Positions 18,250 through 27,538 of a DNA stretch of 64,000 nucleotides are shown here, piece by piece. This DNA is from Minisyncoccota bacterium (lineage in GTDB: Bacteria; Patescibacteriota; Minisyncoccia; Phycocordibacterales; GCA-2401445), in contig JBBDJV010000015.1 in NCBI GenBank assembly GCA_040879725.1, positions 32,127 through 96,126 on the forward strand. The letters are read 5' to 3'. The position numbers and the translations under genes are program-made. The notes under the pieces were generated by a model that worked only from the letters and a program-made list of their open reading frames with translations, had not been told where the DNA came from and did no database searches. Positions within the stretch are counted from its first letter, which is position 1. Each line of letters opens with the position of its first letter.

Positions 18250-19755
18250 ATGCATTTTTTACGTACCAACATTTTAGTTAAAATAACACTCTATACCTTT
18301 TTGATTGTGGGAGTAGGTGTATTTTCTTTCCATAAAGGAAGTTTGGCGCAGGTAAATAATCGTACTGCGCCTGTCATAACTGACATTTCTATCGCTGAAG
18401 TAAAAGAATCAGAGGTCCGTATTTTATGGGAAACCGATAAAGAGTCTGACTCAATGGTAAACTTCGGACTCGATAAGCGATATGGAATTATTCGTCTTCC
18501 TGGAACAAGTCGAACCGACCATGAGTTAACTATTGGAGAGTTGAAACCTTCAACCACATACCATTTTCGAGTTGTTTCTTCTGATGCATCCGGAAACCAA
18601 AGCATTTCTGGTGACTTTCAGTTTACTACGAAGGGAATAGTAGAAGTAGAAGATATTGAGCGGGTTGAATCTCGCGAACAGCGCGCGGTTGTTGAACAAG
18701 CGGTAGCGCAAATTGATGAAATTACCGATGTTGAAGCTCTTGATATTGTCATTCAAAAAATACAACAAGTTGCGTCAGGTATTACCGATGATTTAACTAT
18801 TATCGGAACACCAGATGTTGAACCTCGTACAACAACAGCAGTTGTGCGATGGGTAACAAACAGACCCTCTGATTCCACTGCATCATTTGTTTCCGAAGAT
18901 GACTACAATCCACAAAGTAGCAATCCATACACCTCTTCTCAGAGTAGCAATGATGAAAATGTTACGGACCACCAAGTTACTATTATTGGTCTTGAACCAT
19001 TTACTGTTTATCGTTTGCAAGTGTCATCACGTGATCAGTTTGGTATCGTGGGAAAAAGTAAGGAGATAACCTTTACTACAAAATCAGTATTGCCGAATAT
19101 TACCAATATTGATTTAGAGAAAATAGAAGAAACCTCAGCTACTATTGTGTGGAATACAACTGTCCCTGCTAAATCTCTTATTGATTATGAAAACTTAGAT
19201 ACTGGTGAAATTAAGTCACTCGGTAGTCCAAGTTTGGCGACAAGTCACTCGCTCCGTCTTTCAGACCTTACGCTTGGAACACAGTACCGCGCGATAATTA
19301 CCGCAGAAAATGCGGGAGGAGAAAGAGTAAGTAGTGATCCTATTACCTTCGTTACTATTATAGATGAAGAACCTCCAGTGATTTCAAAAGTAACAAACGA
19401 ATCAACGCTTTTCCCCGGTTCGGAGGCTAGAATTCAGACCATTATTAGCTGGGAAACCGATGAGCCTTCACTGTGTAATTTCTTCTATCACCAAGGGTTG
19501 GTTCCGGGAGTAGTTCCTGAACAAACATTGCCAAGAAAGGACGATAACTATAAACAGGAACATGTACAGGTTGTTGTAGACTTCGCCCCTTCAACCGTAT
19601 ACAAGTTTTGGGTAATGTGTGAGGATGCATCCGAAAATGAATCTCGTTCGGAAGACTTTGTATTGTTTACTCCCGAGAAGGAAAAAAATATTATTGATAT
19701 AATTCTTGAGAACTTCGAAGGAACGTTCGGTTGGGTTCAGGATATCGGAGCTTAA
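18250..19755 (+). CDS. membrane-anchored protein with four FN3-like repeats (likely extracytoplasmic partner of the downstream ABC transporter)
   Basis: An N-terminal TM (ITLYTFLIVGVGVFSF) is followed by four ~95-aa repeats, each ending in '...Y.FRV.S.D..GN.S.S..F.FTT'-like strands. The stop TAA overlaps the next gene's start in TAATATG. Confidence 0.7.
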   Translation: MHFLRTNILVKITLYTFLIVGVGVFSFHKGSLAQVNNRTAPVITDISIAEVKESEVRILWETDKESDSMVNFGLDKRYGIIRLPGTSRTDHELTIGELKPSTTYHFRVVSSDASGNQSISGDFQFTTKGIVEVEDIERVESREQRAVVEQAVAQIDEITDVEALDIVIQKIQQVASGITDDLTIIGTPDVEPRTTTAVVRWVTNRPSDSTASFVSEDDYNPQSSNPYTSSQSSNDENVTDHQVTIIGLEPFTVYRLQVSSRDQFGIVGKSKEITFTTKSVLPNITNIDLEKIEETSATIVWNTTVPAKSLIDYENLDTGEIKSLGSPSLATSHSLRLSDLTLGTQYRAIITAENAGGERVSSDPITFVTIIDEEPPVISKVTNESTLFPGSEARIQTIISWETDEPSLCNFFYHQGLVPGVVPEQTLPRKDDNYKQEHVQVVVDFAPSTVYKFWVMCEDASENESRSEDFVLFTPEKEKNIIDIILENFEGTFGWVQDIGA

Positions 19756-19756
19756 T

Positions 19757-21082
19757 ATGGCAAAAGCACAAATTTTCGCAAAAAACCTGGAGGTTACATA
19801 TAACGAAGGAAAGTCCAATGAATTCAAAGCATCTCGTGATTTGAACGTGGAAATTTTTGCTGGAGAATACATTATTCTTTTCGGTCCGTCTGGATGCGGA
19901 AAGTCAACACTACTCTACTCAATCCTTGGAGCACTTCCACCTTCTCGGGGCCAAATGCTCGTAAAGGGAGACGATATATATAAGTATGAACAGGATCAGT
20001 TGGTTAATTTCCAAAGAAATGTTATCGGGATTATGTATCAGGCTTTTAACCTTATTCCGTCTATCAGCGTGCTCGATAATGTAGTACTTCCGCAAATATT
20101 TGCATCAGTAGATAAAGCACGGAGAGATAACCGGGGGAGAGATTTGCTTAGGCGCTTTGGTGTGGATCATATTGCAAACAAACTTCCAACAAACCTATCA
20201 GGAGGACAGATGCAACGTGTGGCTGTAGCTCGTTCACTGGTAAATGACCCAGAGATTCTCTTAGCTGATGAGCCGGTAGGTAACTTGGACAGTATTTCCG
20301 CGGAGCAGGTTATGAACACTCTTGAGCAGATTAATTTGAATGATAAAAAAACTGTTATTTTGGTTACTCACGATGCGAAATATTTACCCTATGCGCACCG
20401 CGTGTACTATTTGCGTGATGGTAAAAATGAACGAGAGGTGCCAAATCCAGAAAAAAAGCAAATTAAAAAAGTAGAGGCTGGTAAAACTATAACCACTGAA
20501 ATTGAAAAGCTGGCTCGTATGTATCCGTATTCTTCTATTGAAGAACTTCGAGTAAAAAGCCTGGTTAATTATCTTATCGAAGATATTGACTTTGATCAGC
20601 TTGTTATTCTTGAAAAAGCGGTAGAAGATGTGATCAAGGGGAGAATGGGTGATAATCGATTTCTCGATATTTTAAATAAGCGCATAGGAGAGGGTGGGGT
20701 TGGTTTTAGTAAAGCTCGTTCAGAGATGATAACAAAAAAGATTTTCACTATAATGGAAGAGTCTCGAGATATAACCCGCTTTAGGTCAACTATTGATATG
20801 GATTTAGGTTATTACTACCAGTCAAGATTTGTTGAACGACTCAAAAAGTATACCCTCAGTGAAGTTAAAATAAAGTTAAGCAAAGAACAACATGAGCGAT
20901 TAGATGACTTTATCTCAGATAGACTTACAGGACTAACTCGTCGGCATGAATTTCTACTTGCGCTTGATAAGCCTGTGAAAGAGGGTGGTTTAGGTCTGAA
21001 CAAAAAGGCTTCTGCTCTTATTTCACGACATATTGAAAAACTACTTGCACAGGGAGTAAGCTATATAATCGCAAAACACTAA
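19757..21082 (+). CDS. ABC transporter ATP-binding protein (MacB/LolD/FtsE class) with an atypical ~200-aa C-terminal extension
   Basis: Walker A GPSGCGKST, the signature LSGGQMQRVAVAR, Walker B ILLADEP and H-loop VTHD are all present. The extension is two tandem ~90-aa repeats, each containing an 'EGG(V/L)G(F/L).K' core. I moved the start from the ORF-track ATG at 19706 to the ATG at 19757, which sits in TAATATG overlapping the upstream stop. Confidence 0.85.
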   Translation: MAKAQIFAKNLEVTYNEGKSNEFKASRDLNVEIFAGEYIILFGPSGCGKSTLLYSILGALPPSRGQMLVKGDDIYKYEQDQLVNFQRNVIGIMYQAFNLIPSISVLDNVVLPQIFASVDKARRDNRGRDLLRRFGVDHIANKLPTNLSGGQMQRVAVARSLVNDPEILLADEPVGNLDSISAEQVMNTLEQINLNDKKTVILVTHDAKYLPYAHRVYYLRDGKNEREVPNPEKKQIKKVEAGKTITTEIEKLARMYPYSSIEELRVKSLVNYLIEDIDFDQLVILEKAVEDVIKGRMGDNRFLDILNKRIGEGGVGFSKARSEMITKKIFTIMEESRDITRFRSTIDMDLGYYYQSRFVERLKKYTLSEVKIKLSKEQHERLDDFISDRLTGLTRRHEFLLALDKPVKEGGLGLNKKASALISRHIEKLLAQGVSYIIAKH

Positions 21083-21083
21083 T

Positions 21084-22292
21084 ATGCAACTCATTGACCT
21101 CGCAAAACTTTCAACTCGTATGTTTAAAACCAACCCGGCTCGTACATGGCTGACTATTTTAGGTATGGGTGTGGGTACTGGAGCGGTGGTGGTGCTGGTG
21201 GGATTGGGTTTTGGTTTGCAGGGAGTATTGCTCGAGCAGATTGTGTTCGGAGAAACACTGCTTTCGCTTAACGTTTCAAGCCCTACCTCTGATACGGTTA
21301 AGTTAAACGATGAAGCGATTGAAGAATTTTTTGCAATAGAAAATGTTCTCGATGTTTCTCCGAGAGCGAGTTTTCCCGCGTCGGTTACGTACGGTGATCT
21401 AACGGGGAATATTTTCTTAGAGGGGTTAAACCCCGCGTATGTTCGGTATACTGGTACACAAGCAGAAGCAGGAGAAGTGTTTACGGAAGAAACAAGAGCA
21501 GAAGATCAGAAAAGTGTTCTTCTCACACAGTCAGTACTAAAGCTTTTTGGTGTCGAAACACCAGAGGAAATTATCGGAGAGTCCGTAACGTTTAGAATTT
21601 TTCTTGAAACTGGCGTGGGTGAGGTTGCCAGAGAGGTTATACTTCGCGATAAATATATTGTAAAAGGAGTAACTAACGATGCAACGTCGCTTTCGGCGCA
21701 AATGCTTATGGAAGAGCTCGAACAGCATGTTGGAATTGAGCTTTATGATCGTGCCCAAGTGCGCGTTTCAAAAACTGACTTTCTCACCCCTACTACGGAC
21801 GCACTTATTGAAATGGGTTTTAATGTAACTGCGCTATCCAAGACAGTGGAACAGGCAACAAAGATTTTCCAAGGAGTGCAAGCCGTTCTCGCATCATTTG
21901 GCGGTATAGCGCTCATTGTGTCTGCAATCGGAATGTTTAACACCATGACCGTTACGCTCCTTGAGAGAACGGGAGAAATTGGAATTATGCGTACCATCGG
22001 TGCGTCGTCTCTTGATATTAAGATTTTATTCGTTTCGGAAGCGGTTATTGTAGGTTTTTTGGGAGGGCTTATGGGTATAGCCATAGGTATGGGTATTGGG
22101 ATTACGTTAAATACAGGTATAAATATTCTAGCAAGCCAGTTCGGTGGTGTTGCAGTGAAGCTTTTTCGGTTTCCGTTTTGGTTCCTCGCATTTATTTCTA
22201 CATTCTCAGGAATTGTTGGTTTTATGACGGGTATTTTCCCAGCACGGCGGGCGGCAGGACTTAATCCACTCGATGCTATTCGTTACAAGTAA
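21084..22292 (+). CDS. ABC transporter permease, FtsX/MacB type (4 TM, large extracytoplasmic domain between TM1 and TM2)
   Basis: TM1 ARTWLTILGMGVGTGAVVVLVGLGFG is followed by a ~220-aa loop and a C-terminal FtsX core 'IALIVSAIGMFNTMTVTLLERTGEIGIMRTIGAS'. It starts 1 nt after the ATPase stop. Confidence 0.85.
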   Translation: MQLIDLAKLSTRMFKTNPARTWLTILGMGVGTGAVVVLVGLGFGLQGVLLEQIVFGETLLSLNVSSPTSDTVKLNDEAIEEFFAIENVLDVSPRASFPASVTYGDLTGNIFLEGLNPAYVRYTGTQAEAGEVFTEETRAEDQKSVLLTQSVLKLFGVETPEEIIGESVTFRIFLETGVGEVAREVILRDKYIVKGVTNDATSLSAQMLMEELEQHVGIELYDRAQVRVSKTDFLTPTTDALIEMGFNVTALSKTVEQATKIFQGVQAVLASFGGIALIVSAIGMFNTMTVTLLERTGEIGIMRTIGASSLDIKILFVSEAVIVGFLGGLMGIAIGMGIGITLNTGINILASQFGGVAVKLFRFPFWFLAFISTFSGIVGFMTGIFPARRAAGLNPLDAIRYK

Positions 22293-22396
22293 ACGTTGTA
22301 CACAGGTTGTTTGCTTTTAAGAGACAAAAGTTATGTATAATAAGAGCAAGACGCATTTAGTGTCATTTTCTTTACAATAAACATCGTGCGATATAT

Positions 22397-24229
22397 ATGC
22401 ATATAATTAAAAGATTTAACAAAGCACAAGCTACTGCAGGAAAGGTAACTATCGTTACTGTTCTCGCGGGGATAATGGTTTTTGCCGCCTTTTATGTGCT
22501 TAACCTCGACGAACACACCGTTCCCAAGGTTGAAGCTCAAAGTAATGCAACTACTTCCGTGGAAGTCCTTAACACTCCACCTGATTGGACTGTTGATGCG
22601 GAAGAAGGTGCGGAATCATCTATCACAAATCCTACTAACTCAGGGGATGCTGTTTCGTGGGTAGCAACAGGAACCGACGCTAACGGAGAAGATTATTACC
22701 TTCTTATCTGTAATGCGTCTTCTACACCGATTGCTAATTCAAACGCTGCTCCAGAATGTACTGGTGGAACTCAGTGGGCAGTTTCAACCTCTACCGCAAG
22801 TGGTCAGCCGGCAAGTGTCTCAACTACCACAGCAGAAGCATGGGATGAGAGCAATGACTGGTATGCGTATATTTGTGATGATAATACAAGTACACCACGG
22901 TGTAATGCTGCACATCGACAAGGAAGTGGCTCGACAGCATCTCCGTTTTTAGTAAACCACAGACCAACTTTTTCACTGTTTAGCGATAGTTCACCAACTC
23001 TTCCTGGTGCTGTAATTACATGGCACTCAACATCAACTGACTCTGACATCGAGGGTGGAGCTGACACTCTTATACTTCATGTATGTAAAGAAGCAGACTT
23101 TACCGGCACAGAATGTGGTGCGGGAGGTTTCTGGGCTTCAACAACACTTACCTATACAGCAGACACTGCCGCAAGTACAACGCTTCCAGTTCCATTGCAA
23201 GACGATGATTATGAAGCATACGGGTATGTTGTTGACAACCACGGTCACGCAGCAACAGGTGGGCAGCAAGGAGCCGACTCTGTTCTAACTGTCGCAAATG
23301 CTACCCCTACGGTTAGCTCGGGTACTATCAATATTAACGGATTAGCTGACCTTGAGCTTGCGATTGCGGGAGGAGAAACTGAAAACTTCACACTTTCATT
23401 TGCTGTAAGTGATGGAAATAGCTGTGTTGCGAATGCATCTACTACGTATGAAGTGGCAACTGTTTCTGCAGACTTCTATCGCTCAGGAGTTACAGCTGCG
23501 AGCTGTAATTCTGCAGGCGATTATGATCCGAATAACTGCTATACTGGAACAGTAGCTACAACAACATGGAATTTGGTTTGTACACAAGATAATACATCAT
23601 GTGGAGGTCCTGATGACTCAACAGTTACGTGGAGCTGTACGTTCCCTCTATGGTTCCTCGCTGATGCAACTGATGCAGGAAGTTTCTATGCGGCGGAAGA
23701 TTGGAGAGCTACAGTAACTGCTACAGATGATAATTCTTCCGCAAGTACTCCAACAGAAAGTGCTGGTGGACAAGATGTCCTCCAACTTATGTCTTTCGTT
23801 CTTAATACTTCTGATATTCCATACGGAGCCCTAGAGCCAGGTCAGACAACAGAGGATTTGATCGCAACAACAACGATTGCTGCAAATGGTAATGTTGGCC
23901 TTGACCAAAACCTCTATGGAGAACATATGTGTCCAGGGTATAGTGGTCAAGGAACATGTCCATTCCAAAGTCCAGCTACCTCTTCAATCCATGCTGATAA
24001 CCAAAAATTCGGAACAACAACCACTGGATATGTAGATAATGATGCGTATGCTCTGGCTACAACAACTCAAGAGCTTGAGCTAAACCTTGCTAAAACAATA
24101 AGTACATCAACACTCTCTGAGGCAGATATTTACTGGGGTATTGGTATCCCTGGTACTATTACTTTCGCTGGTGAATATTTCGGAGAAAATACATTCCAAA
24201 TGGTTACTTCGGAATCTGCTGAGTGGTAA
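22397..24229 (+). CDS. secreted/N-terminally anchored protein whose C-terminal half is homologous to the giant protein's C-terminal domain
   Basis: N-terminal hydrophobic segment VTIVTVLAGIMVFAAFYVL. The N-terminal half contains two internal Cys-containing repeats. The C-terminal half aligns to 16870..17657. Confidence 0.75.
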   Translation: MHIIKRFNKAQATAGKVTIVTVLAGIMVFAAFYVLNLDEHTVPKVEAQSNATTSVEVLNTPPDWTVDAEEGAESSITNPTNSGDAVSWVATGTDANGEDYYLLICNASSTPIANSNAAPECTGGTQWAVSTSTASGQPASVSTTTAEAWDESNDWYAYICDDNTSTPRCNAAHRQGSGSTASPFLVNHRPTFSLFSDSSPTLPGAVITWHSTSTDSDIEGGADTLILHVCKEADFTGTECGAGGFWASTTLTYTADTAASTTLPVPLQDDDYEAYGYVVDNHGHAATGGQQGADSVLTVANATPTVSSGTININGLADLELAIAGGETENFTLSFAVSDGNSCVANASTTYEVATVSADFYRSGVTAASCNSAGDYDPNNCYTGTVATTTWNLVCTQDNTSCGGPDDSTVTWSCTFPLWFLADATDAGSFYAAEDWRATVTATDDNSSASTPTESAGGQDVLQLMSFVLNTSDIPYGALEPGQTTEDLIATTTIAANGNVGLDQNLYGEHMCPGYSGQGTCPFQSPATSSIHADNQKFGTTTTGYVDNDAYALATTTQELELNLAKTISTSTLSEADIYWGIGIPGTITFAGEYFGENTFQMVTSESAEW

Positions 24230-24269
24230 AATAGACTTTGCTCTCCACAGAATATCTCCTTATTTTTCT

Positions 24270-24297
24270 TGCGAAATCTAGCATAAGCGGTATGATA
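24270..24297 (+). promoter_or_regulatory. candidate sigma70-type promoter
   Basis: TTGCGA, a 16-nt spacer, then TATGAT. Confidence 0.35.
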
Positions 24298-24340
24298 GGT
24301 ATACACAGGCATAGTCTGGCTTGTTTGTACTTGGCCTATA

Positions 24341-25276
24341 ATGAAAATTTCTAAAAAACTGGCATATACTCTTGTTCTTGTAATTTTTCTGTGTGCACCG
24401 TTTTTCCTGCATGCGAGTTTTGGTATTACGCCACCATACGTAAAGAATACAAGCTTAACTCGTAACTCTGAGTTTACACAGAAAATTACGTTAGTGCGCG
24501 GTGATCCAGTTTCTGACCTGAAGGCGGAGCTCACTATGGATGTTCCTGGAGCAAATGACTGGATCACCATAGATAAAGGTATGACCTTTTTGTTACCTAA
24601 AGGGGAGCAGAAGGTACCTATGTATGTTACTGTAAAAATTCCCGATGGAGCTCGTTTTCAAAAATATAAAGGTAACATCCGTATACGAACATCTCCGGCA
24701 GACGGGGAGAGAAGTGGTGGTGGAGCCGTGTCCATTGCTCTCGGTGCACAAATCGATGTTGACTTTGATGTTATAGATAGAAAAATTTTTGACTTTAGAG
24801 TAAGAAAGATAGCAATTGAAGATGTTGCTGAGGGGCACTCACTCGCATGGTTATATTTTCCCGGGAAAATTAATTTCAAAATCTCACTTGAAAATACCGG
24901 TAACATAGATGTCGCACCTTCGAAAGTAGTCTTTGATATTTTTGATTTTAACGGGGAGACATTACTCGAAACTACAGAAAGTAAAAATAAAATAGAAAAG
25001 GTTAAGCCGTTTGAAACCAAAGAGGTTGTAGCAGAACTTCCTACTTCACTTCCAGCAGGAAGCTATTTGGTACGGTATGTAATTTATAACAATGATGAAG
25101 TGAAGCAAGAAGGGGAGCTCAATCTCTCAATAGTACCTTACGGCACACTCGCGCAAGCTGGATATGGTTTCAGTGGTCTGTCTATCCCGCATAAACTTAC
25201 GATTATTGTCCCTATAGCTGTTCTTCTTTTGTTTGTATTTTTGGTATTTAAAAAGTCTAGGAAAAGAAAAAGATAA
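24341..25276 (+). CDS. surface protein with a signal peptide, two beta-sandwich-like domains, and a C-terminal TM plus polybasic tail
   Basis: N-terminal signal-like LAYTLVLVIFLCAPFFLHA. The C-terminal anchor reads LTIIVPIAVLLLFVFLVF followed by KKSRKRKR. Confidence 0.6.
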   Translation: MKISKKLAYTLVLVIFLCAPFFLHASFGITPPYVKNTSLTRNSEFTQKITLVRGDPVSDLKAELTMDVPGANDWITIDKGMTFLLPKGEQKVPMYVTVKIPDGARFQKYKGNIRIRTSPADGERSGGGAVSIALGAQIDVDFDVIDRKIFDFRVRKIAIEDVAEGHSLAWLYFPGKINFKISLENTGNIDVAPSKVVFDIFDFNGETLLETTESKNKIEKVKPFETKEVVAELPTSLPAGSYLVRYVIYNNDEVKQEGELNLSIVPYGTLAQAGYGFSGLSIPHKLTIIVPIAVLLLFVFLVFKKSRKRKR

Positions 25277-25282
25277 TTAACG

Positions 25283-26416
25283 ATGAATAGAATATTCTTT
25301 TCTATTACTTTGTTTTGTATCTCATTTGGGCTACTATACCCGTTTTCTTTGAGTGCGATAACGATAGGAGTTGCCTCCACAACAATCAGAGTTTCTATTT
25401 GTGGCGACGGAATAGTTAATCAAGGGGAAGACTGTGATCCTCCCGGATCAGGAAATTACAGTACGAGTATTGCTGGCAGGGAGTGTAACTCGCTGTGTGA
25501 GTGGGCGCCGTACTGTGGAGATAGTGTCGTGCAAACAAGTTTCGGAGAAGAATGTGATGACGGAAATAATACCTCAAAAGATTTTTGTTCCGCTGAGTGT
25601 CTTGCTGAGGAAATTGTATTAAATACTGGTGGTGGAGGAGGAGGGGGAGGTGCGGGTATTTTCCCAGGAGGAAGTTTTGCTCCACCTTCAAACTCAGACG
25701 TTACTATAACTGGTAAAGCGTATCCAAACTCCACTGTTACTATCCTTAAAGACGGAGAGGTTATTGGTGAGGTAGCTACAGATAGTAATGCAGATTTTTT
25801 ATTCACAACAAGTGGTATCACTCCGGGAACCGCAACATTCGGTTTTTGGGCAGAAGATAGCAAGGGGCTACGTTCTATTTCCTATACTACGACCTTTGAG
25901 GTTATCCAAAGTGCAGTAACAACTGTTTCCGGAGTATATCTTCCACCAACAATACGAGTTGAACCTCGTTCCCTTGATCGAGGAGACACACTTACTATTG
26001 ATGGAACTTCAGTTCCAGATGCTGTTATTACTGCCCAAATAAGTGGAGATGATGAGTACTTGGAAACAGTAACTGCGGAAACAGACGGTTCTTGGGAGCT
26101 TTTGTTTGATACATCACCGATACCAAACGATTCTTATACTGCTCGTGCGTCTTTCAGACGAAGTGACACAAACGGATTAACAATTGAAAGTGGTTTTGGG
26201 CAAGCACTTTCATTTTTTGTGGGAGTCGATGCGGTACCCGATACCGGACCCTCAGACCTAAACCTTGATGGGAGAATAAATATTGTGGACTTTTCCATTA
26301 TGCTTTTTCATTGGGGAACAGACGGAGCCGGTTCAAGCCCATCGGCTGACATAAATGGAGATGGAAGAGTAAACTTAACAGACTTTTCCATTATGATTTT
26401 CAACTGGACGGGATAG
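25283..26416 (+). CDS. secreted protein with a cysteine-rich repeat, an Ig-like region and a C-terminal dockerin
   Basis: Signal peptide. 'CGDGIVNQGEDCDPPG' and 'CGDSVVQTSFGEECDDGNNTSKDFCSAEC' are Myxococcus-type Cys-rich repeats. Then a poly-Gly linker. The C-terminus has two dockerin Ca-loops, 'DLNLDGRINIVDFSIMLFHW' and 'DINGDGRVNLTDFSIMIFNW'. Confidence 0.65.
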   Translation: MNRIFFSITLFCISFGLLYPFSLSAITIGVASTTIRVSICGDGIVNQGEDCDPPGSGNYSTSIAGRECNSLCEWAPYCGDSVVQTSFGEECDDGNNTSKDFCSAECLAEEIVLNTGGGGGGGGAGIFPGGSFAPPSNSDVTITGKAYPNSTVTILKDGEVIGEVATDSNADFLFTTSGITPGTATFGFWAEDSKGLRSISYTTTFEVIQSAVTTVSGVYLPPTIRVEPRSLDRGDTLTIDGTSVPDAVITAQISGDDEYLETVTAETDGSWELLFDTSPIPNDSYTARASFRRSDTNGLTIESGFGQALSFFVGVDAVPDTGPSDLNLDGRINIVDFSIMLFHWGTDGAGSSPSADINGDGRVNLTDFSIMIFNWTG

Positions 26417-26471
26417 GTGTGCATAATCTTTTATAACGAAGCGTGTACCACATGCTATACTCAATAGTACA

Positions 26472-27536
26472 ATGGTGATGAATTGGAAAACTTTTTTGGT
26501 GCGAGTGATAAGTACTTCTGTATTACTTTTTTTTATTTTGCCTGGGTTGGTTGATGCATCTCTTTTATACCTTGATCCTACCGGAGCTGAGTATAGAAAA
26601 GGAAGTACGTTTGTAGTGACCGTTCGGCTTGATCCTGAAGGAGAGTGTGTAAATGCTGTTAATGCTGTTATTACCTACCCAACAGAGGAGCTTACTGCTT
26701 TTGATGTATCACGAAGTGGTTCTATTCTTTCGCTCTGGGTTGAAGAGCCATATATAGATGAAGTAAATGGAAAGATTTATTTCCAGGGAGGTATTCCAAA
26801 TGGATACTGTGGGAGAATAGACGGCGATCCAGGCAATACGAATATTATTGGTAGAATTGCTTTCAGGAAACCCGGTGGTCTGAGTGTTGGGGGAGCGAGT
26901 GAGGGAGGAGTGCTTGAGGTAGCTTTTGATGAAGAAGAAAGTGAAGCGCTTGCAAATGATGGCCGAGGTACACCAACAGACCTTACATTTCAGAATGGAA
27001 CATACATAATTTCTCCTGACGCTCCTCTAACTGATGATAGCGTGTGGTTTAACGCACTTCGAGATGACAGAATTCCTCCAGAGAGCTTCACTGTCACCCT
27101 GCACACAAAAGATGATATACAGAAAGGAAAGTACTTTGTTGTTTTCTCTACAACCGATAAACAGAGTGGCTTGGATGAATATCAAATAATGGAGGAATCG
27201 ATAGATAATCCGGGTTTTGTTGAATGGAAAAAAAATACCAGAGTACTTTGGGAGCAGGCAAAAAGCCCGTATGTTTTGAAAGACCAAAATTTGAATAGCG
27301 TTATACGAGTGAAAGCAATAGACAAAGCAGGAAATGAACGTATTGCAGCATATGTCCCAGGGGAAGATGAACGACCGGCAACACAGACGTCAGGTAGTAG
27401 CATGATGACTTACGCGGGTGGAGTGTTGTTGGTACTCGTACTAATATTGATTGGTTTTATTATTAGAAAAAGGGTAAATAGGAGAAAAACATCAGTCGGT
27501 GTAGATACTCCGGGTTCAATTAATCAAGAAAAGTAA
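26472..27536 (+). CDS. membrane-anchored surface protein with an N-terminal cohesin-like domain (paralog of 27539..29272)
   Basis: Signal peptide. 'GSTFVVTVRLD...VNAVNAVITYPTEELTAFDVSRSGSI...GKIYFQGG' resembles a cohesin beta-sandwich. The C-terminal TM is GVLLVLVLILIGFII followed by RKRVNRRK. Confidence 0.5.
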   Translation: MVMNWKTFLVRVISTSVLLFFILPGLVDASLLYLDPTGAEYRKGSTFVVTVRLDPEGECVNAVNAVITYPTEELTAFDVSRSGSILSLWVEEPYIDEVNGKIYFQGGIPNGYCGRIDGDPGNTNIIGRIAFRKPGGLSVGGASEGGVLEVAFDEEESEALANDGRGTPTDLTFQNGTYIISPDAPLTDDSVWFNALRDDRIPPESFTVTLHTKDDIQKGKYFVVFSTTDKQSGLDEYQIMEESIDNPGFVEWKKNTRVLWEQAKSPYVLKDQNLNSVIRVKAIDKAGNERIAAYVPGEDERPATQTSGSSMMTYAGGVLLVLVLILIGFIIRKRVNRRKTSVGVDTPGSINQEK

Positions 27537-27538
27537 GT

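Noticed and set aside
25620-25660. Poly-Gly run (GGGGGGGAG) in the dockerin protein as a possible frameshift or homopolymer error
   Set aside because: The frame is continuous and domain order is sensible on both sides, so it is most likely a flexible linker. A homopolymer length error cannot be excluded without reads.
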